DNA of 64,000 nucleotides from assembly GCA_047967505.1 (NCBI GenBank), contig CM106538.1, one strand, 5' to 3'. Within the stretch, counting starts at the first letter, position 1. Each line of letters starts with the position of its first letter. The position numbers and the translations under genes were made by a program. Below, piece after piece: positions 13,551 through 26,049 of the stretch. The stretch is from Dipteris shenzhenensis (taxonomy: Eukaryota). The notes beneath the pieces were generated by a model. The model saw only the letters and a list, made by a program, of their open reading frames with translations. It searched no databases and was not told the DNA's origin.

Positions 13551-14334
13551 TAGGCCCACCCTATTGATCAAGCTCCTTGGGGCTCTGGATCCCCTCCTCC
13601 TCAATCGATGCCAGGCTAACCTCCACAGCTTCCGCCATCGCAACATTAGGAGCTCCTGAGGCTTACTACTATTGACGCATGGGTTGCTGTGGTCGCTGGA
13701 CCTCCACTACGGGAGGATCGCTTGGCTGGACAATGGCCCTTGCCGCTGGGGGGGATCTCCAACCAAGGGCTCCTACAGCTGCTCCTTCGCAGGTGTCTCT
13801 CGAACAACACGCTCTCCCTGCGTCTAGCCCGTTGCTTGTGGCGCTTTTGAGCCAGTTTGCTTGGTTTCTTTTTCTTTTTTACCTGGGTCCATTCTCCCTC
13901 TGAAGGTGTCACCCAGGGGGTCTAAGACTCCTGCTGCTCCCGTCCGAGGAGGGGCTAGGCCTTGGTCTGCTGACTCTGCTTGCCTCACGAGGGTGGAGGG
14001 AGAAGCTCGGCGGCCCTGGCCACGAGGGCAGTCTTTGGCTAAATGACTGATCTGCTTGCAACGAAGACACTGGCCTGGTAACCCAGAAATCTCCACTCTC
14101 TGACGAAGGGTGCCCCCTCAAGGGTCTCGAGGAGGATCAACTCTGGGAGGGACTTTGAGCTCTCAACCACCAGTCTGATCTTGGGGACTCGTCATCTAGT
14201 ACCATTGATGCTGCCGAATTTGGCAGGGACTCCAGCACCGTGCCAAACACTCTACCAATGGAGGGGAGGATGGCTCTGTATTCCTTTGGGAACCCCTAGA
14301 AGCGGAGCGTCACCGGGAATAGGGGAACATGGTG

Positions 14335-14760
14335 TGTGGCAAGAAGGAGGAAGCGGGGAGGGAGGAGGAGGAGAATGAAGGCGGGGAGGAGACGGGGGAG
14401 AGGAAGGCGGGGAAGGAGGCGGAGAAGGGGTGGGATGGAGGCAGGAAGGTGGTGGGGAGGAGGCGGAGGGGAGGCAGAGAAGGGGGGGCGAAATGAAGGC
14501 GGAGTGGTGGCAGGGGAGGAGGCAGAGGGTTGGCAGGGGGAGGAGGCGGGAGATGGTGGGAGAGGAGGCAGGAGATGGCAGGGAGAAGATGGGGAGATGG
14601 TGGGGAAGGAAGGCGGGAGATGGTGGGGAGAGGAGGCAAGGAAGGAGGTGGGGTGAAGAGGCGGGGAAGGAGGTGGAAGATGGCGGGGAAAGGACGAGGC
14701 GGAAGAGGGCTGGAGGGAGGAGGGAGAAGGCAGAGAGGGTGGGCAGCAGGAGCAGCCAAG
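14335..14760 (+). repeat. G/A-rich low-complexity tract (GGAGGCGGGGAAGG / GGAGATGGTGGG-like units)
   Basis: About 425 bp of mostly purines on + with recurrent degenerate units. Confidence 0.85.
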
Positions 14761-16023
14761 GAGCAGTTGTTGGATGGCATAGCTGCTTCCCGAAGGGATA
14801 CTAGGACTGACATTGTCCCCTTGGGACTAAAAATGATGAGCGCACCTCTGATGAATCGACCAACGTGCTATCCTCACGAAGGGAACTGCAAGTGTAGACA
14901 CTAGTCACTGCTACTACTGGTTGCTCGAGACCTATTGAAGTGTCATCAACCTATTGACTGAATGATACTCCAACTACTGCCACCTTAACGAACTGAGGAA
15001 GGGGAACTGTGGAGGCTACTACATGACTATCCTCACTGCCAAGGAATCGTCAACCGTACTGCTGATAGCTACACATGCCACTCCAGCTGTGAGGGTACTC
15101 CTCCTGCTAGGCCTGGAACTGGTCTGGCAGCAGACTCCTCATGAGCGTGGAGGCTAGTGGGGTTGGAAATTGAGCCCACTAGTCCTAATACTCCTGATGA
15201 TAAGGTGAAATGTGAGTCATCCTGACTAAAGCTGATGTGGCCAACGTAGCTCCAAGGGTGGAGCACAACCCATAGGAATTGACTGTAGCTGATGAATACG
15301 CATGATGGATGAAAGACCCATCACATGTGTCTGTTGAAGCTGGCATGTCCCCTTGGCCCAAGGAAGGAAGACCCTTCACAAATGACTGTGAAAACAGTGT
15401 GCTCCCTTGATAAAGCTGATCCAGCTGATCGAGCTCCCAGGTGGAAGACCCAGAGGAACTAATTGGAGATCATAAAGCTTGGACGAGTGAGAAACCCATC
15501 CGAACTAACTGGCCCCAATCGGCATGACGTCTGGTCCCATGTGCAGCCGCCTCAAGGCGTTCTTGTTCCATCAGAAGCTGGAAATGGTCCAATTTAGTTG
15601 CATCCTCCTTTGTTTTCTTTTCCTGCTCGCGCAAGAGCTGGAGCTGCTCACAAAGGAGTCGATTCTACTTAAGAAGGCAATTCTGCTCCCTAAAGGCTCG
15701 CATGAGAGCTGCTATGTTGGCTGGGTCCATGATGGCAGACTAGTAGACCTGTCAACTGCTGCGACAATTGACTGCCAGAGAAAAAAATTCCCCAAACCTT
15801 GCCGCAAGGTGTCAACGCACACAGGTGAAGATGGGAGCCCACCTGATGCACGATGGAGGGAGGGAGGGAGAGAGGCTAAATGGAGTACTACCACTAGCCC
15901 AGGATTGGACCAAAAGACAATTAATATCCCCACCATGCTCCCTCCTCTGCTGACTGAGTCCCCATTCTGACCTTTGCTGCCAGGACTCCCTACAAACTTC
16001 TTCAGATCAGAAGAAAGCATGCT

Positions 16024-16644
16024 GCTCTTATACCAATGTAACATGCGGGGACGTGCTGTGAGAAAATAGATGAGCATACAAAGGAGAACTCAAGCATGAA
16101 AGACACAAGAGATCCTCCTAACTATTCCGCATTGCTTTATTTACGATGCTGGCATAAATGCTTTGAATAAGGTTGTACATGAGTGCCAAATCGGCACACA
16201 AAACTAAGATGAGAAAACTCCCCTAACTGTGACTGCAAGAGATATAGCTATGCTGCTGAAACAAAACTACCAAACCTGTTGCTGTCCCTGTCCCTGCTGT
16301 AGGCTGCATGGAGGTGCTGCCTTTTCAATCGCAATCTGTAGGACTGCTGTAGGCCACCTCTGGAGCTGGATTTGTGCAGCAAAGAGGCGGGAGCTGAGGC
16401 TGGAGGAAGGCTGATACTGGATGCCAAACTGAGGGGCAGAGCAGCCCCAAAAACCTGATTGGTCGGGGCAACATACTCGACTGGTCAGACCAACGGACAT
16501 GACCTGGTCAGCACCCATGGTGATCACCCAGCTGTCCGTTGGTTGGGCTGCTTCCCTCAAAAGGTGCTGCAATTGGTTGTGGATGCTGCGTTTGCTCACA
16601 AGGAAGCTAGTTGTCGCACTGCAACCTGGGCTTAACCCTGGTGC
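16024..16644 (-). mobile_element. Old 5'-LTR-like sequence (16037-~16644) with a degenerate tRNA-iMet PBS (16024-16035)
   Basis: GCTCTTATACCA (TGGTATAAGAGC on minus) lies next to TGTAACA at 16037. The body is homologous to 8020-8610 but clearly diverged. Confidence 0.7.
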
Positions 16645-17285
16645 CAAGCATTGAGTATGAGAACTAATGGGCAACACCTGCAATCAGTATGAGAATGAGA
16701 AGGCCATGTATCTGCTGGTTCAAGGCTCTGGCAGCCCAGGGCATTCCCTCGGACACCCGTTCTCAGCACGGTGGTGCCCCACTCCCCCACATCAATCTAG
16801 GTGACCCAGCCATATGCAACCAAGAAGACTGCTGTAAGCAGACCTATTCACCCACCTGACAGAATCTCGCCAGGCAGCAAGGGCATCATTTTGGAATCCA
16901 TACCACTCCTTGCATCATTTTGGAGCCCATACCACTCCTTGCAGCCTCTCTAATTCAAAAGTCCCTCTCATACAAACCCGAAGCAGAATGAGGACTAATG
17001 GGCAGGACACCTGCAATCAGTATGGGAATGAGAGAGCCATCTATCAGCAGGTCCGAGGCTCTGGCAGTCCACGGTATTCCCTGGGGCCCCATTCTCAGCC
17101 CAGTGGCGCCCCACTGCCCCGCCTCAATCTAGGTGGCCAGCAACCAAGAAGGCTGCTGTAAGCAGCACTATTCACCCACCTGACAGAATCTCGCCAGGCA
17201 GCAAGGGGCATCATTTTGGCTGTCATACCACTCCTCGCAGCCTCTCTAATTCAAAAGCCCCCCTCACACTCACCCCAAGCATTGA
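16644..17285. repeat. Two diverged tandem copies of a ~320-bp unit
   Basis: Blocks CACCTGCAATCAGTATG, CTATTCACCCACCTGACAGAATCTCGCCAGGCAGCAAGGG and GCAGCCTCTCTAATTCAAAAG occur twice, about 320-335 bp apart. Confidence 0.85.
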
Positions 17286-17299
17286 CATCATACGGGTCG

Positions 17300-17750
17300 T
17301 CATGCACTGGATCATAGGCCAGAATCACAGGGTATGTTTGAGGAGAAAGTTCCCTCTGATCACAATTTGGGCCTGAAATGGTACACCCCAAATAGATGAG
17401 TGATCTGATAATCTTCACTGCCTCCAACTGCTAGAGTCGCTAATGCTCTCATTAGTATTGAAGATCATGCATGACCTTGGTTTACCAAGACTGACCTTCA
17501 TATCTTGGGTGTCGGAGGGCATCTGTCTGCCCTCTGCTCTGCTTGAGATCACCACAATAGCAAGATGAGAATGAGAGTTTGTGCTATAGACAATCCCTCT
17601 CTACTGAATGTGTCCACAAAGGATACTAACGCAGGGTGGGAGACAGTGGGCCATCTGAGTGCAGTATTCCTTTAGGGGGAGTATACATGATGGACATCAA
17701 GTTAGGAAGGCCAAGAACGGAGAATTTATCATGTGCAATTCATATATCAT
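17300..17750 (-). mobile_element. Highly degraded RTE-X-like LINE RT fragment
   Basis: Minus strand GTCAGTCTTGGTAAACCAAGGTC...ATGATCTTCAA and AVKIIRSLIYLGCTISGP resemble VNLGKTKVMIFN and EPVEIVQSYTYLGAVFTGP of the copies at 54860-56030. Confidence 0.5.
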
Positions 17751-18807
17751 CTATATGGATACTGTATCAAGTATATAACAAGTACCTAGGTCCTAGTGTC
17801 ATGCACCAATGTAGTTACTTGTGGCAAAACTCTTAGACGAAGCGCATTAGAGGTCAATGCATATTTGGCCTAATGAAAAGTACTATTGATAGAGTGATGT
17901 AGGGTGACCATCGTAAAGCCATCCCTTCACTTGTCGATAATAGCCACACATAAGGCTCATGTTTGATCTAGGCTTCTGATTCGTACTAGACCTTGAGCTC
18001 GTGTTCATGTATGGGCTTTGCCTACGCAATACGATTCATCTTCATGTTCTCATGATCTCTTATCTCCTTTTCTATCTCGTGCTTATGCTTGTGCCTCAAT
18101 GACCCTAGTCCGTGTTTTATGGCAACGGGTCCAAAAACAATGTAATGGATTTAGTCCTGGCTCTCCGTTTAGGCCTGTGCAACTTACCATCGTCAATATT
18201 GTATATATAAGAATAATTAAAATTTGAAAAAACTTGTCATCTTCAGTCTGTTCATTGCTTTCATGCTTTATGCAAGCCTTTACCAGTGTTGAGCTGTAGC
18301 TGTGCTTAGAGTAGGACTTCGTCTCTCTTCTACACTCAGGCAGCTAACGCACTGAATTCTCTCAGGCACACACAAGCGTGCATGTGTATCAATGTATGTG
18401 CACTTTTGGATATATGTATGTGTATATATGTGCACGTGCATTGACCTCCAAACAGATCCATTCATACAACTTTGTGCATATGAAAAAGCATGGATGCGTA
18501 CATCGGAACAGAATTGTATATGTGTGACAATTAAGCTGTATACGTGACAAAAATTTGAGGAAAGGAAGTCTCCACAGCGTGATTATTCGCTGATTATACA
18601 TTGTTGCGAAGATGATGTGGTCTTATTTGCAACAGCACGCTTAAAAATTTTTGTGCATATTCAAGGATGCTTAAGGGAAGGATGGATTCTACTACAAAAA
18701 GCGAAGCATCTGGAACCCGAGAATGAGGATTTTCCGATACGAGTCAATGGCATATCATGTAACTATACACAAAAACGCCAACAGCTATATGCGGCTTGAG
18801 CACAAAC

Positions 18808-19089
18808 CTCGTTGGAGGAATTGACAACTGCATCCACGTCGACGTTCCACGCTTCTCCTTGCCAAAGATGTACCTTAGAGTTGATGTCGTGGTCTACCGG
18901 AAACTTGGGAGGCGAAGCATGAAGTAGAGAAAGCGAGGTCAGAGGATCGGCAAAAGATCCAAGCAAAGAGACGCTACCGCCAAGAACATCTGGAGGAGTA
19001 GGATAAAGCTCCTGATCGCTCCATGAGGGCACCTGGTCGAGCGTGATGACACGGTCGCCCACAACGGTGCTCCTTCGTGGCGACTGCAT
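18808..19089 (-). CDS. GDAP2: First coding exon (94 codons) of a GDAP2 homologue (macro domain + CRAL-TRIO protein)
   Basis: MQSPRR...VITLDQVPSWSD...KFPVDHDINSKVHLWQGEAWNVDVDAVVNSSNE matches the plant GDAP2-like N-terminus as I recall it (VVTLDQ.PRWSD, KFPVDHEINS.IYLW.G.PWNLEVDAVVNSTNE). ATG at 19089, phase-0 GT donor at 18807-18806. Confidence 0.92.
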
Positions 19090-19821
19090 TCCGACCAACC
19101 AATCATCCGACAGTGTAATTCATCCAAGCAATCAAAGCTGCTTTCCTTCAATCGGTGCAAACCCAAAATTGATTCTACAACAAGCTTCCAATTTTCGAAG
19201 CCGACGAACCAATTTCAAGTAATTACTATACGTGGGTTGTCAAGGGAACACGCTTTGACTATTGATTGGGACTGTCTAAAAAGAAGACCTCTCACATTCA
19301 ACTCGTCCTCCATCATAACAGTCGTACTCTATGACCCGAGTGTCCTAGCAGTCGTACTCTATGACCTCATGCTGATTTCTCTACCACCTTCCTCACTCCA
19401 CCTGTCTCTATTTATGGTCGAGCAACAATGTTTATGGTCCTAACGACACGACCTTGGGGAGACCTTATAGGGCTTATAGGCCACATAGAGCCTCGACTTT
19501 CTCGCCGCCCCGAACTTGACGCTCCATTAAAAAATTTAGCAAACGCCTCGACCTGCCCATTTTTCCACCAGTACATGGACCTCGAAGCAAGTGTGCGTTG
19601 CACGTTCTTGTATCACCACCGCAAATCTCTCCGAAGCTTCTCTGAAATTCAAAAATGGGCAAGAGTGGTGGGCGCAAGGATGCCTGTTGGGCAAGGGGGC
19701 TTGAGAGGGTGCCACGAGCCAAGCCCTTCATGCCACTTCTTACAATGTCTTCCTTTTTTATGAACCTTATTTTTTAGAGCTTTATAAAGGTGACACCTGT
19801 ATAGGTCCACTATGACACCTA

Positions 19822-19896
19822 TGTGTGTGTGTGTGTGTGTATGCATGCGCGCATGTGCATGTACCACATGCGTGCGCGCACACACACACGTGTGTG
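19822..19896. repeat. Alternating purine-pyrimidine (TG)n/(CA)n quasi-palindromic microsatellite
   Basis: (TG)n...TGCATGCGCGCATG...CATGCGTGCGCG(CA)n. Confidence 0.85.
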
Positions 19897-22099
19897 GAAA
19901 TGTTGATGGCGTACTAGCACAATCACTTGTCCCAAAAATGTTCCTTGCACAATCACTTGTGCTATATATGTTCCTAAGTAGTTACATTCCAAAGAAGTTA
20001 CTTGTGCCAAAAAATGTTCCTTGCACAATCACATGTGCTATCGTGAGAAGGTATATGATCTTTCATGGTACATCATTACATTATCATGAATAGTCCATGT
20101 GATGATAAAGTAAACAAAAGGTGGACTTGACCCTTTCTATATGAGTAATTGAATTCTATGTAGATGGACACCATAAGGCTTATAAAAGGCCTTTGTGGAC
20201 CTTATGGAGCATTTGATAAAGGATTAATATGGAGATTTGTATAAAAAGGTGTGCATAAGGTTCCCAATAATCGATTGAATCCTAACCGATCATCTCTCAC
20301 AAGGGTGTGGGGCTATATAAGGAGTGAGCCACTAGCAGCTCGGTCAACTTTAAACGATCCATTCGGATACATCACACTTAACATCCTCTAACTGGTAGTC
20401 CTGATGTGTGAGATTGGTGGCACTTATGACGTGAAGGATACGCATATGCTGGCCGCACCTCGGACTGTGTGTACTATTGCTTAGTAACCAAACTATGTGG
20501 ACTGCACTGATTACATGGCTACCATACTACATATGTGAAATGCGACGTGTACCCGCACTGATTGCATGGCTACCATACTACATATGTGAAATGCGACGTG
20601 TACCCGAAGACCCTCTGGAGTGCACATACGATCAACTGCCACAGAGGTCAGAGATGCCATGCGCCACAGGTTATTACTAAGTGCACCACTACACCGTAAT
20701 TCAGAGCCACCGCAAAGACTATGCACACAAATCTACGAGGCTCACGACTGACCACGTTAGGTACGTACGTGCAATGGTTTTCTTTTAATGGAAGTACATT
20801 ACTAGGGCTCATCTCGCCTTGGTGCTCATTGCTCTTGTGATCATTTTTATGATCATTGCTAACTCACAATTGGGAATATAAATTATCCTAATACGTAGGA
20901 GATACATGGTCGATATGACGATATGAAGGCTGTTGTTGGAGACACTAACAAACAGGATGATAGATGTGTTCTAGAATAAGGTAAGAAGCTATGTGATTTT
21001 GATAAGAAATTTTCAAAATCATCCTATGTATTAGGATGATATAAATGGTCCTAATACATAGGAGATACATTGTCGATATGACAATATGAAGGCCGTTTTT
21101 GAGACACTAATAAACAAGATGATAGACTCTGGAACAAGGTAAGAAGCTATGCGATTTTGAAAATAAATTTTTAGAGACCCACTTAGAGTTCCTATAATTA
21201 TATAGTTTTAGGGTTTTCCCATATGCAATACATGCTATGAGTATGAATCATTTGGCAATACTCACGTATGGATGCTCTTCTAGCATTACATTCTAGGCAT
21301 GAGAATCATAAAACTAATATGGCCATATAAAACCAATATGGATATAAGCCCTCAATTTTGGTTGAGACTTGAGACGAGGGTCCAATGGCAATGAAAAAAC
21401 TTGAGGACTATCAAAAGTGGCTCAAACACATGGGGTTATGAGTATATAAGAATATCTTGGAGTTTTACTCTTTTATCATTTATTATTGAGGGCTATATAC
21501 TTAACTCTAATTGAATTAAGATTCAAGAAATCTATGGGTGTCTTCTCACATTTTTAAGACATGTTACCAGATCAATGGTCATATCATCCGGCTAATGCCT
21601 AGTACACCCATTGATTTGTACTTTGTGGGATGATTTCAAAAAATCTTACATTACATTTGCTAGACACACATGCCATCACCAAGGTCTGCTTGCTTCTTTT
21701 TTGGGACATTTGGAGACTGATGATTCAAAGTACAAGGCTCTTTCAGCAGAAACACTTCAAACCCTAAGAGAACAAGAGGCTTGCATGCTGAGCTACAACT
21801 TAGGGCCAAAGGAAAGCCATGTTGATTGAGAGAGAGAAAGACACATGTGCATATTTAAGAGAAAATAAAGAAAGAAACACTATACAACAAAGACAAGAGA
21901 TCGCAACTACAATCATTCCTAGTTGCCATTGTGATGATGAGATCAGTTTGGCCTATGAGAGTGACACATCACTCTCATAGGCCCAACTCATTTCATCCTT
22001 GTTTTTACCTCAATCTACTTCAAATCTCTCATCTGCTCTAGATTCGTCATCCTTTCCATCTCAGTTAGGTTCCATGCAACATCAATGGAAGCCACTACC

Positions 22100-24000
22100 A
22101 AATGTTAGGTCTAGAGCCTCTTCCAAAAAACTTTCTGCAAATCATTAGAAATCTAATAACTCTCCCAATGAGGAGCTCTAGAGGGCTTGTAGCCTCTATA
22201 GCTGAGTTGAAATCTTCTTGCATTACTGATCATGTAATGAAAGAAGGGGAGTCTCTTCTCTCAGTGCCTTGCATCAATCCACTTCTACTCTCTAGGGTCC
22301 CATTGCATAAAATTTATGGGGACTCCTCCACAAAGCTAAATCCTCCATGGGCCCAAAGGGATAAGAAGGGGGTTTAGTAGGTCCAGGTACCATTGTTGTG
22401 AATGTGAGCCATGCTCCACATAACCTATGATCCTAATGACAAGTTGAAAAAGGAACTCTCAACAGAATATCATGTGTAGATCTAGACAAGATTGAACATT
22501 AAAGACAAAGTCATCCTCTCTTATCATCATACTACTATGATAATGAAGTGGAATACCTATCCATGTGAAAGCCCGGATCCAAGTAGGGCAATAAATAGGC
22601 CTATCATATGTATCAACCGAATCCATGGGTATGGATGCATCAATCTACTAAATTCTCCGTACAATTCCTTTGAGGTGACTTACTACTTGTAATTTAGGAT
22701 CCTTTGGAAGGTTTTTGAAAGCTTTCCAAGATCCCATAGACCTCTCTCCCATCTAGACCGCTACATATAATGAGAAGTTCCAAGTGGTTTGCCATGCTCA
22801 TCAAGTATGCTATCATTCCACATGATATATTGTCTATCAATATCTTTCACAGAGAAAGGGGGGAATTCTCTAAAGATTACTCCTAAAGCTGGCCCAATCT
22901 TTCATGATAGCAGGCTTAAGAGGGGAGGAGGGAGACCTGAGATGGGATGCAGTAAAGATCCACATAGTACTACCCATACAGTCCCCACTTGAAGAAGGAC
23001 TATAGGGCTATGTGCAACAAATAAAGGGATATTTCCATGGCTCTTGCCTAGGTATAAGTTCACTGACCATAACCTTGCAAAGCAAATCCCTACACTTTAA
23101 GTTTTAATATCACTTGAGAATCAAAGTCTCCCAAGCCACCTGGCTATCACATTTGTTGTACCATCTAGACACTCCATAGAAGGCCTCTTGAGCTAAGTGA
23201 TGCAATCCCTATAATGACACCAACAAGAGAAAACAAACCATGATATGATTAGCAGAGTCTGATTAGCAGTCTGATTAGCAACCACTACCCTAGAAACAAG
23301 GTCAATATTGGTTGAAATCCAAAAAAGGAGTTTCCTCTTGATGCTCTCCAATAACGAGCAAACTATTGTGAAGGAGCGATACCCATACCAACCTAGCATC
23401 CCAAGTACCTGATAGAGACATCCATATAAATCCAAGTAAAGCCAAAATCAGCCCCCCAATTTGGAGTGTCCTCATCACTAATCCAAAAGTCATTGGATTT
23501 ATGCCAATTAATATGTGCACTACTACAATACAAAATAAATCCAAGACTACCCTAAAAGAAGTGAGATTATGAGGAGTGGCCTCCATGAAAATAGTAGTGT
23601 CATATACCACGTCATTGTCTAAAAGCTCCTCATTCTACTCAAGGGAAGTCTCATCCCACAAATATCAGCTTAAGTTCTAAGAAATACTCATAACTTCAAC
23701 CACAAACAAAAAGAGGAAGGTCATCATTGACAAATTTATCTAGGAGTTTGAAACTTCTCTCCTTTGACCTCTCTAATAAGAATATGGCTATGGTTTTATC
23801 TAAGCAAAGAGGAAAACCCTCTAATGTAGGGCCCCCCCCCCACACACACAATTCCCCTTGCCTTGACTTCCCTATAATTGGAGGATTTAGGATTGCTTTG
23901 GGGATATTTGATCTTTTACCACCTTGTAATTTTTGAGATATCTCACCAGAGATGATAGGTTTTATGACATATATACATGGGTTCACTTGCCTACATGGTT
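22100..24000 (-). mobile_element. Older, heavily mutated L1-clade LINE RT fragment
   Basis: Remnants SRQGEL, ELLDNDVVYDTTIFM and LLFWISTNIDLVSRVVVANQ parallel RQGCPL, ELLDLEFADDTALYV and LLYWSSAKLSLAGRALVANQ of the L1 at 10311-10964. Confidence 0.75.
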
Positions 24001-26049
24001 GCAATAAGGAGTCTTCCACACATTTTCTCACTTAGGAACGTTATACCCATGAAGTTTTTGCAAGATAAGGGAAATGGTAATAGTTTTTAGCTACCCTTTT
24101 GGCTCCTTTGCAAAATTTTCCATGGGGAGCCTTCCACACATTGTTTGCTTAGGAGCATTATACCCATGAAGTTTCTCTCAAGGAAAGGGATATGATAATA
24201 ATCTTGATTTACTCACCTAGCTCGTTATTACTTTTTCACATGAGAAGTAAGGACCACATTGCCCAATTGGAAAGGGATTGTTACATCATGATCGGGTCCA
24301 TTACCCATACCCAGGATAGTGATATGGCCATTGGATTCATTTTTCTCATGGTGATGTGAATGATGTGAATATTTTTTATTAAGCATTACTGACCTCTCCC
24401 CTCTCCTCTATAGAATGCCTTTTATTTCCTTGCCAAAATTATTTTGTTCTTGTTTGTGATGTATCTTATCCACAATGTTTAATGGTTCAACGATGCCTTT
24501 GGATCTCTCCCCATGATATCATATCTTATCTTTAATAATAATTTGTGTGCACTTTGTGGTGGGCATTTATTGTGTGTATAACACCAGCATGTTCTATCTA
24601 AAATGCATTTTATTCAAGCTTATGGGCTCTTTTCAAATTGTCCATCTTCAAGGTTACTACATGCCCTTAGAAGAAACACCACTAGTCGCCCACAAACACA
24701 TGACCTTCAAGAATAGCTATTTATATATATCACAGGCCATAGTTTTCAAATTTTCATAGTTTCATCTTTGTTTGCAATCACATTGAGCCAATTTGCTATG
24801 CTGTTCTGAGTCACTTCTTCTAGTGGTGTAGTCAATGTTGATAGGATTAGAGACATCTTGGTAAATTCTTAGCCACTTTGTTAATACCTCCAACATGTTC
24901 TATTTGGGAGGTAAGGATTGCAATTGATGGATTATCTTCCTTCAATATCTATGCATGATTTCTATGCAAAATACAATTCCTCTTTTTGCCTCATCAAACT
25001 CATGAATTTCGAGAATTTTTATTCAAGAAAATTACTTTATTAAGTATGAATGTAAACCGTGGGAGCAAGCTCAAATGCGGGAGCACATCATGCTATGCAT
25101 AAGGGGAAAAAAACAGCTCAAAAGGAGCTAATAAAAAACCAAGGCAGAGGCTAAAAATGCCACCTCAACCCTAAGGGAGACTCACAGAAGAAAGGAGATC
25201 CTCTCCAAACAATTTTGAGAATTTTAAGTCCCTAGTAGGTGGGAAAATCATGTGCCTTAATTCAAAATTCATATCATGCTGGCCTGGGTCTTCTCTTATT
25301 ACACATGGTTTCTTGCTTTCTAGGATTCTCTGTGTAGATCATATCAATAAGATGAGAAAGCCTCTCTTGTATCTATTTTTTTGACTTCTATTTTGTCCAA
25401 AACAACATTGTTTCATGTACCTCTACAAGGATTATATGCTAAATGCAAAATTTGTGCTATGTGCTATGCATATAGTGTAAATGTAGATTACTATGTGTTA
25501 ATGCAATGTGCTATAAACCCAAGGAAGGTTACATTCCTTGGTCTTATATTTTTGGAGAGGAAATATGATAAATGCAAAGTGCTATGTTTGAAGTGCAAAA
25601 TGTTTTCCAATTATTTGCTGCTAAATACAAAGTGCTATGTTTAGAGTGCAAAATGTTTTCCAATCATCATATAGCACTTAGCAAAAGTGAGCTTGAAATT
25701 GAATATTGAAAATGAGAGTAGATGTTATAGCACTTAGCAAAAGTGAGCTTGAAATTGAATATTGAAAATGAGAGTAGATGTTATGCTAGATGATTGGAAA
25801 AATTGTACAAATCCTACAACCAAATAGCATAATGCAATATTCTTTCTTGATACATGTACCTAGCCAAACCTAGTCTTGGTTAGGTCTCGACTAATAGCTC
25901 CACACAATGGTGGATATACAAAAACGTTGATGTATTTTTGTCTTACCAATGGATTCATTTTCAATAGTTGATTTCTTTTTGGTTTCATCACTAATACCTT
26001 CATATAGCTCTACAAAAACAAGTGGCCTCCCCAACTCTCCTGCACTTTC

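Larger units (their letters stand above)
8820..14300 (-). mobile_element. Degraded L1-clade LINE (ORF1 zinc knuckle, APE, RT) with deletions and an insertion at ~11520-12715
   Basis: ORF1 CLRCKQISHLAKDC (13824-14096); APE DFLLIQEH, ILNVYAPT, IVGGDFNN; RT ILFLDFEKAYDRVEW, SVRQGCPLAPFLF, EFADDTALY, KLSLAGRALVANQVL. Confidence 0.9.

Noticed and set aside
13298-14904. Pro-rich and Gly/Arg-rich ORFs resembling extensins or glycine-rich proteins
   Set aside because: They are translations of low-complexity G/C tracts, with no signal peptide or gene structure.
16644-17285. CCAAGCATTGA at both ends as an 11-bp TSD
   Set aside because: A variant also occurs at the internal unit boundary (~16978), so it is better explained as the start of the tandem unit.
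18283-18353. AG...GT-bounded segment as possible GDAP2 exon 2
   Set aside because: The translation (CVSCLSVEERRSPTLSTATAQH) does not convincingly match the expected conserved macro-domain sequence.
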